Assembly: GCA_040954595.2 (NCBI GenBank)
Contig: CM082578.2
Location: 10,153,519-10,217,518 of the forward strand
Direction of reading: 5' to 3'
Source of the DNA: Balanoglossus misakiensis
Lineage: Eukaryota > Animalia > Hemichordata
Length of the DNA stretch: 64,000 nt
Shown here: in pieces, positions 60,401 to 64,000 of the stretch
Position numbering within the stretch: position 1 is the stretch's first letter
Layout: every line of letters begins with the position of its first letter
Made by a program: the position numbers and the translations under genes
The notes under the pieces: model-generated
What the model was told of the DNA's origin: nothing
Databases searched by the model: none
What the model saw: the letters and a program-made list of their open reading frames with translations, nothing else

Positions 60401-62544
60401 TGACGATTAAAATAAGACCCTTAATTTTTTTGGCTGAACATGTTATTTGTCGTGTACCTTTTTAAAACTGCGTTGGTCCTGTCTGTAGTGCACCAGGCCT
60501 TCTGAGTGGATGAAAGCCCTGAGTGGGGAGACTGAGGTCACAAGTACGTACGCTCGGATGTTGATAGGCAAGCCAAACACCAACAAGGGGTTGGCAAAGT
60601 ACTGCTGTACGACGGCTTTCTTGGTTCTGAACCTGTAAAAAGCAAGGAGATGGCCGTGTGTGGTGTGTGTTTAGTCACAGGTGCCTGTGGATATCGAACG
60701 GCGCCTGTAATGTAGTAAATACAAAATGGACGCTCGACATCTGCAGGCACCTGTGAGTTTAGTCACGTTTTTATAGTCTGTACCTGAAATTTTCAGTAAC
60801 CTTCCCATCTAACGTGGATTCTACATTGGAACAGCAACGTTAAAGTGAAAGAAATAGAATGATATTGTTTAGATAAACCTTCTTGAGGTACCTGATTTTT
60901 ATAGCAATATTGAATTTTGGTTTCTTACATGGTTAGCACTTAAAAATGCCATTGTGAAAAAAGATGTTGTAGGGCATTTTTGAGGTATACTTTACACAAT
61001 CAGTACTTCCCTCTTTCAGGATTTTGTTGGAATTAACACTACCAGCTAAAATTATGCAACACTGAATCAAAACCTCCCACTTAGTCACTTCAACCATCGT
61101 GTTACTTACTGCCTGACTTTGGCCACATCCCTTTCTTTTGTGGGTTGTAGTACCTGTATGGTACCACCAGGGTTGGGTGACTTGAACACCCATTTGATTT
61201 CACTGCCCAGAGCATCGGCTACACTCAGGAACTGTTCATACTGTTCTGGTAAAACCCAACACAGCGGAGACAGCTGACTCTTTCTCAGAGCTGAAACAGA
61301 ACAAGATCAACAATGTTCCATTGGATTTATATGTTGTCACTTTGATTCATTTTTCAAGCCTGATTTTCACACTTATTGTGCTTTTTCAAATTAGAAAGTT
61401 ATGTTTATAGAAAGAAATGAAGATACTCATCATATGAATATAATCCTATTATGAGTCAGACAGACAGATTGATCAGGAAACAATCTTACTTTCATAGTTG
61501 AATTATAAAGCAATACTTACAAGGGAGTTTTCTGGCTGCAGCCATCGTGTGACAGAAACTGTCCTTCCTCCAGAGTGTGTTTCTGATGCCAGGGATTCTG
61601 TTGACCTAGGAGTTGAAAATCAGCAGTCGTCAGACAAGAAGTCTAAAAGGAACTGATAATGATCAACAGGCAAAACCATGAATTTGGATTAGGCCTATTC
61701 ATATTAGCTAGGCAGATTTGATCAACCTTGCATCTGGGCAGCACTAGACTAGTATACTTCGAAAGAGACACAATCATCTTTATCACTTTATCGTCATTGA
61801 TAAATTTCCGGCTTATTCTCTCTCCACCACTTCACTGCCATGCTTCAGACAAACTCGATTGTTGCCTAAACAGTTACTGGAGATGAAAGGCTGAAAGGTG
61901 GAATCACTAAAATGTGCAGAGCCCTGTGGCAATTACTGCCTGTGTACTTTTACCTTTTGATGCGGGGCAAGGCAACTGTACGAGGTCGGACTGAGACAGG
62001 TGGAACTGTCACCGTCGGTGAACGTCATGCACAGCAACACCATCCAGCCCTCCCATTCGTTGGCCGTACTTGGTTGCACCTGGTGTTGCTGGGTTTTACC
62101 ATCACTGGTGTCTTCCCCAGTGTCATCTGAAAGCAAATAAAGTAACTATCCCAATGTTAGTACATACATGGTGTAACAATCAGACTTTCTGTGTCAGGGA
62201 TTTTCTGTATTTGAATAAACAGAGCAACAATAAAATTGTACTCTATATTTGCCTTTATTTACAATGAACCTCCATGTCACATATGTACGTGACAGTAAAA
62301 AATGCTGCTCCTTCCAAGATATGTTTAAACTTCACACTTTACCTTCTGTATTGCTATAAACTGTATCATTGGTTTCAATCAATCTTCCTGTTGACTTGTA
62401 CCCGGCCGGTGTCTTCACCAAAAAGCCACGTTTCTTGAACGCTTGCTCGTAAACAGGCAGGTCTCTGTCTATGACGTTCTGCTGACCTTTGACCTGCACA
62501 ATGTACTCCGCCTTCTCTGACTGGTGCAAGATTTTTGCCTCAAT
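51272..62544 (-). CDS. CPED1: Cadherin-like and PC-esterase domain-containing protein 1 (5'-incomplete) with N-terminal TTL-like ATP-grasp region
   Basis: complement(join(51272-51484,51707-51853,52949-53036,53539-53861,56196-56332,56593-56716,56996-57176,57320-57509,57869-58238,58494-58598,59027-59197,59436-59508,59756-59943,60458-60632,61110-61290,61521-61605,61954-62126,62343-62544)) = 3126 nt, open and phase-consistent. Motifs: [48 protein letters not shown], cadherin-like LTPTFDALVTDYRVTVPYD. Confidence 0.93.
51707..51853 (-). CDS. CPED1: CPED1 exon ([29 protein letters not shown]), GC donor
   Basis: ttcag| ... AAG|gcaagt, 147 nt. Confidence 0.9.
52949..53036 (-). CDS. CPED1: CPED1 exon (EGLTGIRKIMKGLGAGFHQPIDGVHCLSL)
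   Basis: gacag| ... CTT|gtaagt, 88 nt. Confidence 0.9.
53539..53861 (-). CDS. CPED1: CPED1 exon: PC-esterase GDS motif
   Basis: cacag| ... CG|gtgaga, 323 nt; [16 protein letters not shown]. Confidence 0.95.
56196..56332 (-). CDS. CPED1: CPED1 exon (RWVLPCSSC...WYPYEC...CLAGKK)
   Basis: tgcag| ... AAG|gtgtgt, 137 nt; Cys-rich start of the PC-esterase domain. Confidence 0.92.
56593..56716 (-). CDS. CPED1: CPED1 exon (DCDLPVFPKEPCGL...PPCHSGDVS)
   Basis: tccag| ... G|gtatgt, 124 nt. Confidence 0.9.
56996..57176 (-). CDS. CPED1: CPED1 exon: cadherin-like C-half (PVNFSLGIGENRV...NTYTVYVYR)
   Basis: cacag| ... CAG|gtatgt, 181 nt. Confidence 0.92.
57320..57509 (-). CDS. CPED1: CPED1 exon: cadherin-like N-half
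   Basis: ttcag| ... AG|gtacaa, 190 nt. Confidence 0.92.
57869..58238 (-). CDS. CPED1: CPED1 exon (LYPSYDCAKYS...RPRCSE)
   Basis: cacag| ... G|gtgagc, 370 nt. Confidence 0.88.
58494..58598 (-). CDS. CPED1: CPED1 exon (GINCQPSHQLCLTEGDLEYLL...KGSFQQ)
   Basis: ttcag| ... CAG|gtttgt, 105 nt. Confidence 0.87.
59027..59197 (-). CDS. CPED1: CPED1 exon (VNGQPHMQ...SSIGVV)
   Basis: ttcag| ... GTG|gtcagt, 171 nt. Confidence 0.87.
59436..59508 (-). CDS. CPED1: CPED1 exon (CKHCFQLLGFDLIFNATFHAIVVE)
   Basis: tgcag| ... GAG|gtaag, 73 nt; TTL-type GFD...E motif. Confidence 0.92.
59756..59943 (-). CDS. CPED1: CPED1 exon (VPNRTWYFAQLKQYL...DDPY)
   Basis: ccaag| ... AG|gtcagt, 188 nt. Confidence 0.85.
60458..60632 (-). 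CDS. CPED1: CPED1 exon (VVQQYFANPLLVFGLPINIRAYVLVTSVSPLRAFIHSEGLVHYR)
   Basis: tacag| ... AAG|gtacac, 175 nt; TTLL-like core. Confidence 0.93.
61110..61290 (-). CDS. CPED1: CPED1 exon (SPLCWVLPEQY...WVFKSPNPGG)
   Basis: ttcag| ... CA|gtaagt, 181 nt. Confidence 0.88.
61521..61605 (-). CDS. CPED1: CPED1 exon (VNRIPGIRNTLWRKDSFC)
   Basis: cctag| ... T|gtaagt, 85 nt. Confidence 0.9.
61954..62126 (-). CDS. CPED1: CPED1 exon (...WMVLLCM...LAPHQK)
   Basis: ttcag| ... AAG|gtaaaa, 173 nt. Confidence 0.85.
62343..62544 (-). CDS. CPED1: CPED1 exon (IEAKILHQS...YEQAFKKRGFLV)
   Basis: cacag| ... G|gtaaag, 202 nt. Confidence 0.82.
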
Positions 62545-63939
62545 CTGTGAAGATATAACAAGTACATGTAAGAAGTAGTGAATTTTGTGGCAAACAAGAC
62601 AACTGTGGAGCATTTCATTCACATTTGTGTTGGAAATTTTTTGTCTGAAAACTGAAAAGAAGATTGTTTTATCAACAATTTCTAAAACTATTAATTGTTA
62701 CTGACAACTAACTTGATCTCTGGTCCATTTGGCTGTTAGAAGTGAAAGTGAAAGTTATTAATGGCCTATCTTTGTATTTTATATTTTGTAGATAAGAATG
62801 TCTGGCTGCCATCTGTTTCATTATAAATCTAATTTACTACATCTGGGTTCACTTGACTACTCTTGTGTATACACCTCTGATAACAGAAAACAAAGAATCA
62901 TTGTATCGAAAACTACTTTACATTTGATTATTACAGCAACAATTTCTGTAGGAATATGGAGAATATGGCAGTTTCATGCTTGACTTCTAATTGCAAATAA
63001 CCTCTGTGGCACCATATATCATAATTTTTGTTACAACATCGTTGGAAGTTCACAATAGATGTTTGAATAATTCAGTTTGGGTAAAAATTGTAATTTCAAG
63101 TTAATTGATTAGTCGGTGTGTAACAAGAACATCTGCTGTTGAAAAAAACATTGATGCACCCCAAAGTATGCCCACGTCTGCAAGGGCTAAATAGATGTAA
63201 ATTGTGCGATATTCTTATTACAAATTACTTTTATGTGGCGATGCAAATTCTGCCTTATACCGCTATGATCGTTAAACTGAAGCAGAAACACACCTCATTC
63301 CTGCCTCACTTGATTGAGAAAACCAATCGCAACTGTCAACAGACATCAAAACGCCACCTGATCTTTTGAGTTTTGACACTCGTCTTACAATATAGAGTTC
63401 CCAGGCTATACACAAGTGCCAACCCTACAGATGAAATTCTATTTTTGGTCTAAGGAAACTGCAATAACAACATCATCGGCTTTAAATTAAGTACATTAAT
63501 GCACGTCCCCCGAGGAATTTTAAATGCTAGTACTATTGACGGTCTGCTCGCTTCATTACAACCCCTGTCAGTCTAGATTACTGTTGCATGTTTACATTAA
63601 TACAGCATCCACATCAGTTTTTTATTTCTTGTCAAGACTTTCAATGTTTTAGCTAAATAATGTATAAAATTTTAATTTAGATGTAACAAGTTGCACAAAG
63701 CGCAGAATATGCTCAATTCCTTCCAAAAAATGTCCAGTAGTGCTAATGTTCTACAGGTCCATACACTCATAAGTCATTCAAACCTTGACAAGCTTGTGTA
63801 GCCTTGCCTAAAGGCGGCCTAGCTCTTAATCTTCCCCCATGTTGTGAACTAAATGTTCTTATCTTGGTCTATAAGCAAATGGATTATTAACGAGAGAACC
63901 ACTCTTAAAGTAAGTTCAGGAAATGGAAATGAAACTTGC

Positions 63940-64000
63940 CTGCTGGGTTACATGATAAACTTTGGAAGGGGAAATAAATGTTTTGCCAAGTCCCCTGAGG
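63940..64000 (-). CDS. CPED1: Possible further CPED1 exon truncated by the window edge (LRGLGKTFISPSKVYHVTQQ)
   Basis: Open in the needed phase-0 frame and ends at CAG|gcaagt (consensus GC donor); only 61 nt are visible. Confidence 0.4.

Overview
Eukaryotic (animal, probably non-vertebrate deuterostome-like; inference) genomic DNA with three multi-exon genes reconstructed by hand from splice sites and reading frames. (1) A B-Raf-type RAF kinase on + (17 supported coding exons, 2171-19374, about 759 aa, plus candidate first exons), with a U12-type minor intron. (2) A complete 4-exon Wnt16 on - (38734-24302, 361 aa). (3) A 5'-incomplete CPED1 on - (18 exons, 62544-51272, about 1041 aa) with TTL-like ATP-grasp, cadherin-like and PC-esterase (GDS) domains. 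The CPED1-to-WNT16 arrangement matches human 7q31. Main observations: a BRAF exon resembling the vertebrate alternative exon 9b/10; a hidden 63-nt in-frame BRAF cassette exon followed by a TGCATG (Rbfox) cluster; candidate alternative first exons; a CPED1 ligase domain that keeps the GFD...EVN metal-binding motif; GC-AG introns; a CpG-rich Wnt16 domain between CpG-poor genes; and a double-hairpin non-autonomous element. Most ORFs in the six-frame track are intronic noise. Comparisons to human, mouse and TTL sequences are from memory and need checking by alignment.
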